Made by a program: the position numbers and the translations under genes. The notes beneath the pieces were generated by a model. That model was not told the DNA's origin. It searched no databases and saw nothing but the letters and a program-made list of their open reading frames with translations. A stretch of DNA of 64,000 nt from the IMG/VR virus record IMGVR_UViG_3300035183_000720, positions 3,144-67,143 of that record, one strand, 5' to 3'. This document shows positions 38,137-48,500 of this stretch, in pieces (within the stretch, counting starts at the first letter, position 1; every line of letters starts with the position of its first letter). The DNA is from a virus.

Positions 38137-39195
38137 ATGCACCATGTAGACTACAAGTACATGCTACTCGTCAGCCCAAGACTTGAGTTATTCAAGGACT
38201 TGGGGAATGATATTTACAATTTCAGATGTCCTTTCTGTGGTGATAGTAAAAAGAAAAAGAATAGAGCCCGTGGTTACTTTTTCCCTGTGGATGATACGGT
38301 TATTTTTAAATGTCACAATTGCGGAAAAAGTGTCAACCTTCCGAATTTTCTTCAAGAATTGGACTATGGGTTGTTCACGCAATATAAGTTAGAGAAAATT
38401 GGTAAGCCCAAGCAAACTGACGCTTTTCCTGAATTAGTTTCTGTGAAACAAAAAGAACTTGCTTTGAAAGCAAATGATGCTCTCCGAGAATGCTATAAGT
38501 TAAGTGATGTTCCTGAAGATTTAAAATCTGTGCTCGAATATGCTAAAAGCCGTTGTATTCCTGAAGTATTTTTCGAAAAGCTTTATGCTGCGAGAAGTTT
38601 GAATTTAATTGCGAAACATATTGATCGTTACAAAGATAAAGAATTTTCTGATTTTCCTATCTTAGTTATTCCTTTCTTTAGAGTAGATGGCAGTTACAGC
38701 TACATACAATGTAGGAGTATTGATTCAGAAACTCCGTCGCATCTACGTTTTGTCACGTTTGGTGTCGATACCAATGCGCCAAAATTGTGGGGCGAGTTTC
38801 GCGTGAATTGGAACAAGCCAATCTATATACTAGAAGGACCAATAGATGCTATGTTTGTAGTGAATGGTTTGGCTATAGCAGGCGCGATGCATACAGGCAC
38901 CATAGATTACATAAAAGAATGTCAAGTTAAATTTCGCGATGAACTGAACTTGAAGGATATTTGTTTTTGTTATGATAATGATTATTCGACGAATCAAGAT
39001 ATTATGAAACAATTATTGAAAAGAATCGATGAAGGATTCAGTGTAGTCATTTATGATAAGAAGTTTAAATTCAAAGACATCAATGATGCCATAAAAGGTG
39101 GATGGAATATTCAAGAAATAAATACTTATATTCGAAGTAGAACATTTAGTGGATTAACCGCAAAACTAGAGCTCAGTAAATTAGGCAGAAATTAA
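38137..39195 (+). CDS. 61: DNA primase
   Basis: NFRCPFCGDS..RARG..CHNCG; toprim LEGPIDAMF, YDND, KDIND. Confidence 0.95.
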   Translation: MHHVDYKYMLLVSPRLELFKDLGNDIYNFRCPFCGDSKKKKNRARGYFFPVDDTVIFKCHNCGKSVNLPNFLQELDYGLFTQYKLEKIGKPKQTDAFPELVSVKQKELALKANDALRECYKLSDVPEDLKSVLEYAKSRCIPEVFFEKLYAARSLNLIAKHIDRYKDKEFSDFPILVIPFFRVDGSYSYIQCRSIDSETPSHLRFVTFGVDTNAPKLWGEFRVNWNKPIYILEGPIDAMFVVNGLAIAGAMHTGTIDYIKECQVKFRDELNLKDICFCYDNDYSTNQDIMKQLLKRIDEGFSVVIYDKKFKFKDINDAIKGGWNIQEINTYIRSRTFSGLTAKLELSKLGRN

Positions 39196-39196
39196 C

Positions 39197-40471
39197 GTGG
39201 CATCTATCAAAGATCTTCAAGAAAAAATTAAGATTAGCACAGGGTACGACAGCTCAATCAGTAAAAAGAGCAGTACCGTTCTCATTGTCGAAACGTCAAA
39301 AGGAGAAGATCGCAAAGAAATCTTGCGTGATATCATTGCGCCATTAGTTGGCGGAGAATATGTCCCTGGCAACAGATTAAAAAGCACCGCAAAATCTAGC
39401 AAAGGTGGTGTAATTGTCGATAACATCACCATAATCGCAAAAGAAGTTATCAATGGCAAAACTGTCAGCCAATTAGATGCCCGAACTTTTACAGCAGGAG
39501 CTAAGAAAACGACTATCGATTACAATGGCAGCGAGGTTCTTTGTTATGTGTTCGGCGACGCAGAAGAAATCGAAGAAAGTATTATAAAAGGATGTCTGCA
39601 AGATCCATTGCTCGGAGAAAATGTCGCTGACACGTTCACGGATTTCTTTAAAAATGGATTTTTTACTTGGGGTAAAGTCGTACCAGAAACGCTGCTTAAC
39701 AAAATTGGTGTTTATGCAGGTGAATTATTGAGTGGATGGGTGCTTCTCAGAGGGCTGCAAGCAAAATATATGGTTGGTAATACTCCTTTCAAAGGAAAAG
39801 CAAAATGTTTTTATATTCCGGATGATCCTAGTTTTAATGTAGTTGACTCGATAGTTGATATGGCTGATGGTAACACTTATGCCATTTCTAGTAAATTTGA
39901 TAGAGGCGCCGCAGCTAGTCTTTTTGCGAATGTGCTTCCAGGCGCAATCAAAAGATTAAACTTGCTCAAAAATAATACGCTGAAAGAACTTGCTACTATT
40001 TGCAAGAAAGGAAATATAGATCCAGGTAAAAACTCAAAGAAGATTGTTTATGAATGGGGCGTTAACTATTTGCTTGGCATGAACATGAGAAATCCTGAAA
40101 AAATTGCGGATGTGATTAGAATGGATAAAACTTCACCTGAACAAATGGCTGTGTGTGGTCGTGTAATGGACATTATGAAGAAAGAAAATGACCCTCGTTA
40201 TGAGAAAATGAATCGCAGTTTGAGTAGTTTCTTTAACAAAAAATTGGCTGAAGCCTTGACAGAAGACAGCAAAGATGATATAATTAGTATCGTGAGTGCG
40301 AAGAGTTACTATCAATTGAATCTCGACAAGAAATCTTTCATGAAAGGAGTGCTGAAATTTCAATGTGTTAAAGCTGGGGATACTGAAATTATCATTAAAG
40401 GTAACAAGTCGAGTCAGGATGACATCACTTGCAAACAAGGGTGGGTGAATTATGAAATCGTAAAGAAGTGA
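39197..40471 (+). CDS. Putative PD-(D/E)XK endonuclease
   Basis: VVDSIV...YAISSK resembles a restriction-fold active site. Confidence 0.4.
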   Translation: MASIKDLQEKIKISTGYDSSISKKSSTVLIVETSKGEDRKEILRDIIAPLVGGEYVPGNRLKSTAKSSKGGVIVDNITIIAKEVINGKTVSQLDARTFTAGAKKTTIDYNGSEVLCYVFGDAEEIEESIIKGCLQDPLLGENVADTFTDFFKNGFFTWGKVVPETLLNKIGVYAGELLSGWVLLRGLQAKYMVGNTPFKGKAKCFYIPDDPSFNVVDSIVDMADGNTYAISSKFDRGAAASLFANVLPGAIKRLNLLKNNTLKELATICKKGNIDPGKNSKKIVYEWGVNYLLGMNMRNPEKIADVIRMDKTSPEQMAVCGRVMDIMKKENDPRYEKMNRSLSSFFNKKLAEALTEDSKDDIISIVSAKSYYQLNLDKKSFMKGVLKFQCVKAGDTEIIIKGNKSSQDDITCKQGWVNYEIVKK

Positions 40472-40514
40472 GTACATTAAATAATCATGTCAAAAACAAA
40501 CAAGAACTCACTCA

Positions 40515-41297
40515 ATGGCAAAGAAACGGATAAAAATCAGCTACCGTTCCGTTCTCTCTACAAACGACGCCCTTTCCAATCTAAAGCCATTTAAACCACT
40601 CACGCCTAATCAAGATTTAGCTTATCAGGAGTTCAAGCAAGGTAAAAATTTGTTTTTGTACGGATATGCAGGTACTGGCAAAACTTATCTCGCCTGTGCA
40701 TTCGCGATTGAATCTCTTAAGAAAAGAGAAGTGAGTCAAATTCGCATAATCAGAAGTTCAGTTCCCACACGTGATATTGGATTCTTGCCTGGCACAGAAG
40801 AAGAGAAAATGGCTGCTTATGAAACTCCCTATGCGGCAATTTTCAATACGATCCTAGGGCGCGGAGATGCTTATAGTATCATGAAACAAAAAAGTATGGT
40901 TATTTTTGAAAGTTCAAGTTTTCAGAGAGGTATTACTTATGATAACACTTTTTTGATTATTGATGAATTTCAGAATATGAGTTTCGAAGAACTGAACACT
41001 ATCATCACACGTATTGGTGAAAATACTCGTATTATCTTCTGTGGTGATATTCGGCAATGTGATTTGGGGAAGCAGGAAAGTGGATTTGGTGTGATGAAAA
41101 AAGTCTTGACATCTTTGGAGAAGTACTTTAAAATGATTGAAATGGGTCAGGACGATATTGTCAGGTCTGATCTTGTACGTGACTACATCATTGCTCTAGA
41201 GAGGCTTAAAGATGAAAGATGCAATTCGAAAAAAGTTGAGATTAACGATTCTGATCATAGGGCTATTTCTCGCCTTCTGTCCACTGCAGTTGGTTAG
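40515..41297 (+). CDS. phoH: PhoH-like ATPase
   Basis: GYAGTGKT, GFLPG, IIDEFQN, TRIGENTRIIFCGD..Q.D, DIVRS. Confidence 0.95.
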   Translation: MAKKRIKISYRSVLSTNDALSNLKPFKPLTPNQDLAYQEFKQGKNLFLYGYAGTGKTYLACAFAIESLKKREVSQIRIIRSSVPTRDIGFLPGTEEEKMAAYETPYAAIFNTILGRGDAYSIMKQKSMVIFESSSFQRGITYDNTFLIIDEFQNMSFEELNTIITRIGENTRIIFCGDIRQCDLGKQESGFGVMKKVLTSLEKYFKMIEMGQDDIVRSDLVRDYIIALERLKDERCNSKKVEINDSDHRAISRLLSTAVG

Positions 41298-41559
41298 TGC
41301 TCAGCAATTTAATATCAATGTCTGGGCCCCAGGAGGTTTGGGATTCTCAATGGGGCCCTATGGCACAACAATGAGTGTGATGGTGCCTGGTATGGCTTCA
41401 TTTAATGGTTACTATCCGAGCTACTATCAGCCTGTGCGCCAAGTTTTCATTGAAAGAACGATTGTGTATCCTTCTTGGCCTGATGGGTACTTTGAAACTG
41501 GTAGGGCTTGTCATTCAAATGTTGTTTGTATAAATGGTGCTTGTTACAGGTGCAACTGA
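41212..41559 (+). CDS. Hypothetical protein with signal peptide
   Basis: Basic N-terminus, hydrophobic helix, Cys-rich end. Confidence 0.55.
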   Translation: MKDAIRKKLRLTILIIGLFLAFCPLQLVSAQQFNINVWAPGGLGFSMGPYGTTMSVMVPGMASFNGYYPSYYQPVRQVFIERTIVYPSWPDGYFETGRACHSNVVCINGACYRCN

Positions 41560-41570
41560 GAGGTGTAGAA

Positions 41571-41756
41571 ATGTCTAGTCGTCGTGATAAATTTGATGAA
41601 GATCAATTTGAAATTCATCATACTATCATTCAGAAGAAACGGGAGCGAAACAAACAAAATTTCAGATGTGTGAATGCACGTGAAATTCTCGAGGATGACT
41701 GCGGTGATGAAGAAATGTATGCTCACTTTGAACGGTTTCATAGGAGACGTGGATGA
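41571..41756 (+). CDS. Hypothetical protein
   Basis: GAGG RBS before ATG 41571. Confidence 0.55.
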   Translation: MSSRRDKFDEDQFEIHHTIIQKKRERNKQNFRCVNAREILEDDCGDEEMYAHFERFHRRRG

Positions 41757-42607
41757 TTTTATTTGATTTCTCGCAAGTTGTGGTTGGTGCCGCTCTCGAA
41801 TATCATGCACGAACAAAGGAACTAATCGATGTGCCACTTTTACGACACATTTCTCTTAACAATACTCTGAGTCTTAAAGATAAACTTCGTAAGTATTCTG
41901 ATGAAATTGTTCTATGTCTAGATGGTCGCAATTACTGGCGCAAGAAAATTTTCCCCTACTACAAGCAAAACCGTAAGAAAAGCCAAGAGAAGCAAACATT
42001 CGACTGGAAAACTTTCCATGAGTCATTTAATATTATCAAACAAGAATTTATTGAAAATTTGCCATACAAAGTAATCGAGATTGAAGGTGTAGAAGCAGAT
42101 GATATCATCGCGGTACTTTGCACTATTTTTGGCAATCAGCGAGATGTTGTTGTAGTTAGTTCTGATAAAGATTTGTTACAGATTCAAATGAACATTGCTT
42201 CTCGTGTAAAGCAGTATTCTCCTTTCCATAAAAAATTCCTTCAACCAGACTCCTATAGTCTCTTTGAGCATGTCGTTAGAGGTGATCCTGGAGATGGCAT
42301 TCCGAATATTCTGAGTGATGATGATGTTTTCTTATGTGAAGGTAAAAGAAGCAGGCCAATTCGAACGAGTCAAATAGAAGCCTGGAGCAAATTTGGTCTT
42401 GATAATCCAGAAGGTTTCTGTAATGATCTAGTAGAACTAGAAAAGTTTCGTCGAAATCGCACGCTCATCGATTTACGGATGATTCCTGAAGAAGTGGTTG
42501 ATTCGATTGCTTCGACTCATCAGAATGCAAAACCGCATGCAGATAATACTTTCAACTACCTAGTGAAGCACAAGATGAGAAAAATTCTTGAAAGAGGAGA
42601 CTTCTGA
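41753..42607 (+). CDS. rnh: T4-type RNase H (5'-3' exonuclease)
   Basis: [33 protein letters not shown]. Confidence 0.95.
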   Translation: MILFDFSQVVVGAALEYHARTKELIDVPLLRHISLNNTLSLKDKLRKYSDEIVLCLDGRNYWRKKIFPYYKQNRKKSQEKQTFDWKTFHESFNIIKQEFIENLPYKVIEIEGVEADDIIAVLCTIFGNQRDVVVVSSDKDLLQIQMNIASRVKQYSPFHKKFLQPDSYSLFEHVVRGDPGDGIPNILSDDDVFLCEGKRSRPIRTSQIEAWSKFGLDNPEGFCNDLVELEKFRRNRTLIDLRMIPEEVVDSIASTHQNAKPHADNTFNYLVKHKMRKILERGDF

Positions 42608-42608
42608 G

Positions 42609-42866
42609 ATGCCAATATATGACTATAAATGTCAGGCTTGCTCGCATCATTTCACTGAAATGAAGCGCATGGATGATAGAAAAGTACCAGAAAGTGAACC
42701 TTGTCCGTCTTGTGGAAAAGTGGGTGAAGTGAAGCAAATTATTACGACAAATTTTGAACTGATGGCACCAGATCAACTTGGACGTGTTAAGCCGCCATCA
42801 GATTGGAGAAACTTTCTTCAAAATTTGAAACGAAAAAATCCTGGTTCTGATTTTACAACTTACTGA
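42609..42866 (+). CDS. FmdB-family zinc ribbon protein
   Basis: [11 protein letters not shown]...CPSCG. Confidence 0.88.
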   Translation: MPIYDYKCQACSHHFTEMKRMDDRKVPESEPCPSCGKVGEVKQIITTNFELMAPDQLGRVKPPSDWRNFLQNLKRKNPGSDFTTY

Positions 42867-42876
42867 GGGGGTCACC

Positions 42877-43005
42877 GTGAAGAAGATTATTAAAAATTCT
42901 GATGTTGCATTTTTCATTGCATTCTTCTTCGTTGAATTTGTTAGTCTTGCTCTTCTGTCTTCTATCCTGCTTTGGTTGTTTGATGCTATCATCAAAAAAT
43001 CATGA
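42877..43005 (+). CDS. Small membrane protein (42 aa, absent from ORF track)
   Basis: GAGGGG RBS, GTG start, single hydrophobic segment, stop overlaps next ATG. Confidence 0.5.
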   Translation: MKKIIKNSDVAFFIAFFFVEFVSLALLSSILLWLFDAIIKKS

Positions 43006-43706
43006 ATGTTTCAGAATGCAAAATCAAACTGAAAAACTTTGAATCTCAAGCAAGAGTAATACGTGACAGAATTGAACCTTCAGTTGGTCGCATATACACC
43101 ACCCCTGAAGGGAAAGAATATGTTTCTGTTACGACTGTCTTGTCTGCCGTTTCTGATAAAACTTGGCTTGAAGACTGGAAAAAACGAGTAGGAGAAGATG
43201 TAGCCAATCGAATTACCCAAGCAGCTGCAGCTAGAGGCTCTAGCTTGCATGATATTATTGAAAGACATTTCAAAGGAAATTTGAACAAGGAGGATCAAGC
43301 GGCGTCAGGGTGGAAGTTGTATAAATCATTGAGGATTCATTTAAATAAGATAGAGCCTCTTTCTCTTGAATTGCCACTATGGTCTGATCATTTACGTATT
43401 GCAGGCAGAACAGATTGTATTGGGATTTATGAGGGGAAATTGAGTATTATTGATTTCAAATCAAGTCGACGTGAAAAACGGGAAGAAGAAATAAATAATT
43501 ATTTTCTCCAATGTGCATTATATGCCTTGATGTTATATGAGTTACTAGACATTGAATGTAAGCAAATTGTAGTGCTGATTGGTAACGATAGTGGATTCCC
43601 TCAGGAGTTCAAAAGAAAAACTCGTACTCATGCGAGAGAAGCTATCGAAGCTGTTAGGCGCTATCATTCTCTTTTCGAGCACAGCCGCGATGTCTGCGCA
43701 GTATAA
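43002..43706 (+). CDS. PD-(D/E)XK exonuclease
   Basis: YVSVTTVL, RGS.LH, AGRTDC, IIDFKSS, Q..LY. Confidence 0.88.
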   Translation: MNVSECKIKLKNFESQARVIRDRIEPSVGRIYTTPEGKEYVSVTTVLSAVSDKTWLEDWKKRVGEDVANRITQAAAARGSSLHDIIERHFKGNLNKEDQAASGWKLYKSLRIHLNKIEPLSLELPLWSDHLRIAGRTDCIGIYEGKLSIIDFKSSRREKREEEINNYFLQCALYALMLYELLDIECKQIVVLIGNDSGFPQEFKRKTRTHAREAIEAVRRYHSLFEHSRDVCAV

Positions 43707-44109
43707 CACCAAGAAAGAGATTGAGTGCTTAGCAAAAACGATTTATCATGAAGCGCGTGGTGAACCAGAAATTGGCAAGAAAGCGGTTGCCATAGTGCTA
43801 ATGAATCGAGCGAAGAGTGCAAACTTTTCTAACTCGATTTGCCGCGTTGTGCTCGAAGAAGGGCAATTCCCCTGGAAGTTGAATAGGAGGATTGCAAAGA
43901 AAGATGCTCAAACGTTCATGAAGATTCGCAAATTGGCAACTTCTTTGTATAAGAGCTATCACGTGAAACGGAGGTTGCCAAGAGGCTTGACAATTCTTAG
44001 AAATGCATTATTCTTTAGTAAAAAAGGGTTCAAGAACAGGAACTTGAAGTTTGTTGCGAAGATTGGCAGTCATAGATTTTACACGGTAATTGGGAGTGAG
44101 GTACATTAG
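43630..44109 (+). CDS. SleB-like cell wall hydrolase
   Basis: CLAKTIYHEARGE, AV..V.MNR, QF.W, IGSHRFY. Confidence 0.88.
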   Translation: MREKLSKLLGAIILFSSTAAMSAQYNTKKEIECLAKTIYHEARGEPEIGKKAVAIVLMNRAKSANFSNSICRVVLEEGQFPWKLNRRIAKKDAQTFMKIRKLATSLYKSYHVKRRLPRGLTILRNALFFSKKGFKNRNLKFVAKIGSHRFYTVIGSEVH

Positions 44110-44337
44110 ATGAGCTACAGCGAGGAAGCATTGTTACGCATTCAAGAAATTGCCCATGAGCAAGGTGTTGATATTGTAGAAGCTACTTCTCTTTTCTGTG
44201 AAGAGAACAATATCGAAGTACATGATTTCATCAAAATGATTGACAAGAACTTCATTGATCTGTTAAAATATACTGCAATTGAAATGCGTAAAGTTAGGAA
44301 ATCAGTAGCTAAGCCCATTAGTAAACTACCCATCTGA
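44110..44337 (+). CDS. 33: Late transcription coactivator
   Basis: VEA...FCEENNIE pattern, size, position before gene 32. Confidence 0.7.
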   Translation: MSYSEEALLRIQEIAHEQGVDIVEATSLFCEENNIEVHDFIKMIDKNFIDLLKYTAIEMRKVRKSVAKPISKLPI

Positions 44338-44371
44338 AAGCAGTGTTGTCATGTGATTAGTGAAAATTTTG

Positions 44372-44400
44372 TTGACGGGTGACTAAAAATCTTTTATACT
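44372..44400 (+). promoter_or_regulatory. Sigma70 promoter for gene 32
   Basis: TTGACG-17-TATACT. Confidence 0.65.
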
Positions 44401-44504
44401 TGATCGTGTTGGAGGTATAATTGATGAAACGTTGACATAATTTGACCATAAAACAGATGATTCAATTCTCAAACTATGTATTGCATGTAACAAGAGGTAA
44501 ACAT

Positions 44505-45398
44505 ATGAGCTTTGCAGCTTTGAAAAAATCTAGCAAAACTTCCTTCGCCGCTCTCGTTGAGAAAATCAAAAATGAACAGAAAAAGATGGCTGATTTCAAT
44601 GAAGGGTTTTGGCAGCCAGAAGTAGATAAAGCAGGAAATGGCTATGCAGTCATTCGGTTTTTACCGCCCGCTGATGGTGAGGATATGCCTTATGTGAAGT
44701 TGTATAATCATGGGTTCAAAATTGGGGATCGATGGTATATTGAAAATTGCCCAACGACTATCGGCAAGAGGTGCCCGGTTTGTGATGCAAACAACGAATT
44801 GTGGGGAAGCGGTATTCAAGCAAACCAAGATTTAGTTCGTTTCGAACGTAAACGTCGCCTGAGTTACATTTCTAATATTTTGGTGATTTCTGATCCCAAA
44901 CATCCCGAAAATGAAGGGAAAGTGTTCTACTTCCGTTACGGGGCGAAAATCTTTTCTAAGATTATGGGCGCGATTCAACCCGAATTTGAAGATGAAATAC
45001 CATTCAATCCTTTTGATTTTTGGGCTGGGGCAAACTTCAAATTGAAAATTCGTAATTTTGAAGGTTATCGTAATTATGATAAGAGTGAATTTGAATCACC
45101 CTCTGCTTTGTTTGATGGTGATGATGAAGCACTAGAAGCTCTTTGGAAGTCTGAGAAACCGCTTAAGGTTTTGGTGGATGAATCTCAATTCAAATCATAT
45201 GAAGAGCTGAAAAAGAAGTTTGATGAATTGTCGGGCGCAAAATCTCCATTTGTAGCGACTCAGGTTCGTACAGACCAAGAAGTTGATGATGAACCACCAT
45301 TTGATGTAGATCCTCCGAAACATTCCAACAAATCTACGACTCCGGTAGAGGATGAGGATGATTTAGCGATGTATGCTAAATTACTTGAAGGTGAGTGA
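44505..45398 (+). CDS. 32: Single-stranded DNA-binding protein
   Basis: DKAGNGYAVIRFLP, WYIENC, CPVC, GANFKLK, NYDKSEF; acidic tail. Confidence 0.97.
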   Translation: MSFAALKKSSKTSFAALVEKIKNEQKKMADFNEGFWQPEVDKAGNGYAVIRFLPPADGEDMPYVKLYNHGFKIGDRWYIENCPTTIGKRCPVCDANNELWGSGIQANQDLVRFERKRRLSYISNILVISDPKHPENEGKVFYFRYGAKIFSKIMGAIQPEFEDEIPFNPFDFWAGANFKLKIRNFEGYRNYDKSEFESPSALFDGDDEALEALWKSEKPLKVLVDESQFKSYEELKKKFDELSGAKSPFVATQVRTDQEVDDEPPFDVDPPKHSNKSTTPVEDEDDLAMYAKLLEGE

Positions 45399-45420
45399 TT
45401 AGCTGTCGTATGGCCGGAGA

Positions 45421-45448
45421 GAGGGGCTTCGAAGCCCCTCCTTTTTTT
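45421..45448 (+). terminator. Rho-independent terminator
   Basis: Palindrome GAGGGGCTTCGAAGCCCCTC then T7. Confidence 0.9.
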
Positions 45449-45453
45449 AAAAA

Positions 45454-45461
45454 AATAAATA
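45454..45461 (+). promoter_or_regulatory. Late promoter (AATAAATA)
   Basis: Between terminator and ATG 45505. Confidence 0.65.
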
Positions 45462-45504
45462 TTTGGACTGCATTTCAGATAATCGAATAAACAAGGACAA
45501 ACGC

Positions 45505-48500
45505 ATGAGATTTAAAGAATTTATTCAACTCCAGGAAAATAGTTTATACACCGATCCCGCCAGCAAAGCCGCTCTTCTTGCAGATAAAGAGCGAGTGATG
45601 GATAGTTTGATGTTCAACTTTTTTGGCTTTCTTGGATTGTATAAGCTGAGCGACACTCGTGGTTACATGAAAAGTTATGAAACGACTGAAGGGAAGTTGA
45701 TTGTTCATAACATTGGTGATACTAACCACGACGTAAGTTTATCGATTAAATTGGCTTATGATGCAGGTTTATTGAATTTGGATGTCGTGAATAAGATGAC
45801 GCGTCTGCTTGCATTGATCAAACAGAAAAGATTGAAGAGCGAGGATCTTAATGAAACTTTAATTAGGGCTCTATTAGATGAAATTCATTATGCTACCCAT
45901 AAGCCTAGCTTAAGAGTTTTTTCAATCATACAAGCTTTTCATAATGGTGCTCTCGATTTACCTAATTTAGCAAAAGAACTTTATCAACTCGCAAAGTTGC
46001 GGGAATATAAAAACATTACAGGTGAATTTCGTGATTTAGTTTTGAAGGGACAATATAACAGTCTTTTCGCGAAATTGAAACCTCAGGCGAATGTCACTAA
46101 TGATTCCCCGACCACTTCTGAAATATCTGCGGCTGACATTCAAGATGTAAACAAGCAAAGTCAACCTAAGTCTTCTGAACCAGAAAAACCGGTTTCGCCA
46201 CCACCTTCAAAATTAGGGCAAACAGATGAGTTCATGGATGGAATTTTTGAAGCTAAGGATCAAGCGCAGTTTAAAGAATTGTTCAAAACTTATGATGTCA
46301 AGGAATTTGATTTTGATAAGTTCATGAAGTGGTTCAAATCACCCAAAAACAAAGAAAAGTTTCCTCCTGGGGCACTGGACAGCCCTCTTTACAAATGGCT
46401 TCTAGAAACTTTAAATTCTTCGACAGATCAAAAAGTACGTCAAACTGTTAATGGCATTTTAGAAAAAATTCTGGTTAATTTTATTTCGAGCTACGCAACC
46501 TCGAAAGATGTCAGAGGATTTCTTGAAGCTATCAAAGACATCGATCCGAAAGTTGTTTATACAGACGAAATTTCTAAAAAAAGCCAGAAGATACTTTTAG
46601 ACGCTCTAGATGAGCTTTTAGACCTTTTTGTTTCTAATGTTGTTGGAAACGCTCCTGATTTTTCAGATGCTACATTGGCGCAACTCAAAAAACAATATGA
46701 ATCTTTTAAAGCGTTTGCATGGAAGTTTGGGTCTGAAGCTAAATTAAATGCAGTTAAAACAAAGGAAATTTTTAAGACCGGATTCGATAAGATTAGCGTC
46801 TATGCTTTGGTTCTTGATCTTGCATACATTACTTACGCTGAAATTAATTTGGTTGCTTGGCTTGAAAAAACTTTTGGCCGCGGGAGTGTGCTCGTCACTT
46901 CTAGAACAAATTATAGGGTGCCGTCTTTTGAGCTAAGAAAGAGCGCTTACGATCAAGCCCCAGAAGAAGCTCAGCAGGCTTTTGAATTGTTAATTCGAAA
47001 TAAAATTCAGAACGCGAAATTAATTGACATTAAAAACAATGGGGTGGAATGGGCAAGACATTGGATTTATGAGGGAAGTATAGATTCAAGAGACGCTCAT
47101 TATAAAATGAATAGTTATGATAAAGTTGATCTCAAAACATTTACAAAGAAGGAAATTGATTCGGCATATGAAGTATTCGCTGATTTAACACCTACTGTTC
47201 TTATTAATTGTATAAAAACATTTTGTAAAATTCGCACAGCGAGATTGAATGATAATGGAAATGCTTATTATAAAAATTTAAAGGATATAGTCATTAAATT
47301 AGTGAAAGCAGATAAAATTGAAGATGTCAATTGGCTCGTTGTTTGTGCTGGTTTGGATGATTTGTTATTTGATGAAGTTACTAAATTGATTTCGAATAAT
47401 AAAAAATACTTGGATAATTTAAATGGCGCCATAGAGCGCTTGATTGATAATAGAAATGATTATGATATAACATATGCTTCAATTGAGAAGATTTATACAT
47501 GGTATTCAAAGTTAGTTGAACAAGGAAAGATTATTCCCACAGCAAAAGTAATTATCGGAATTAGGCTTCATGGGAATGATATTTACATTATGCCTAAGCA
47601 AGAAGATATTGAAGAAGTTTTTCGTGAATTGAAGAGCAGCCGAGGGTCGTTGAATTATCTCCGTTGGTTAGTTAAACATAACGATGATTTAAGGAAAAAA
47701 ATTATTAAATATAATACAACAGCCGGGCATGGCGGTGAGGTTAATCCCGCTAGAGTGCCTTATTCCGCAATCTTCTTGTCTGATGAAGATGTTACTGTTG
47801 GGATTATTGAAAATTTCAAACAACAGTGGATGATCAATCCTAAATTTGATAACATTGCGGATTATGCCTTCAGCAAGAAATTGACGGATGCTTGCTATGA
47901 AACGATGAAAGAGGCGTTAAAAACGTCTGATAATAAATTGCTTATACTGAAGGCATTAAGTGCCGTTGATGGGAAATCATTTAACGATTATTTCAATAAT
48001 ACAGATATTTCGGTGATAAAAGGTGTTTTTTCTGACAGACTGGTAGGGTCAGGAGATATTATTAATGTGCTCAGGACAATGGCGGGTAATAAAGAATTCA
48101 TTTCCGATATTGAGCCTGCTGCTGCTGCTAAATTCACAACAGTTCTCCAAGAATCCTTTCAAGATAAGAAAAAATTTGACAAGTCTGATCGCGATGAGTT
48201 GGGCATGTTGCTCTGTGAGCTTATGGCTTCAGGAATACAAATTAACAAATATGATGTATTGGAGGAGATTTTTAATAATTTAAAAGGAGAACTCAGGAAA
48301 ACAATCATTGGATATTTTGTGGGTTATAATTTCGCAGAAAGAGCGCTAAAGGTTATCTACGCAGACGATGTTTTGATTAAGCCTTATGAGAAATTAAATC
48401 ATCAGCGTCTACTTGATGTTCTTCGTTATAACCACGTTGACCCACCTTCTGTATCAATTCGTGAAGCCCCGGCCTTTAAGACTCTTTTGCAAAGGGCAAA

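Noticed and set aside
43002-43706. Cas4 / CRISPR adaptation gene
   Set aside because: Generic T4-like PD-(D/E)XK exonuclease without the Cas4 Fe-S cysteine pattern; no array nearby
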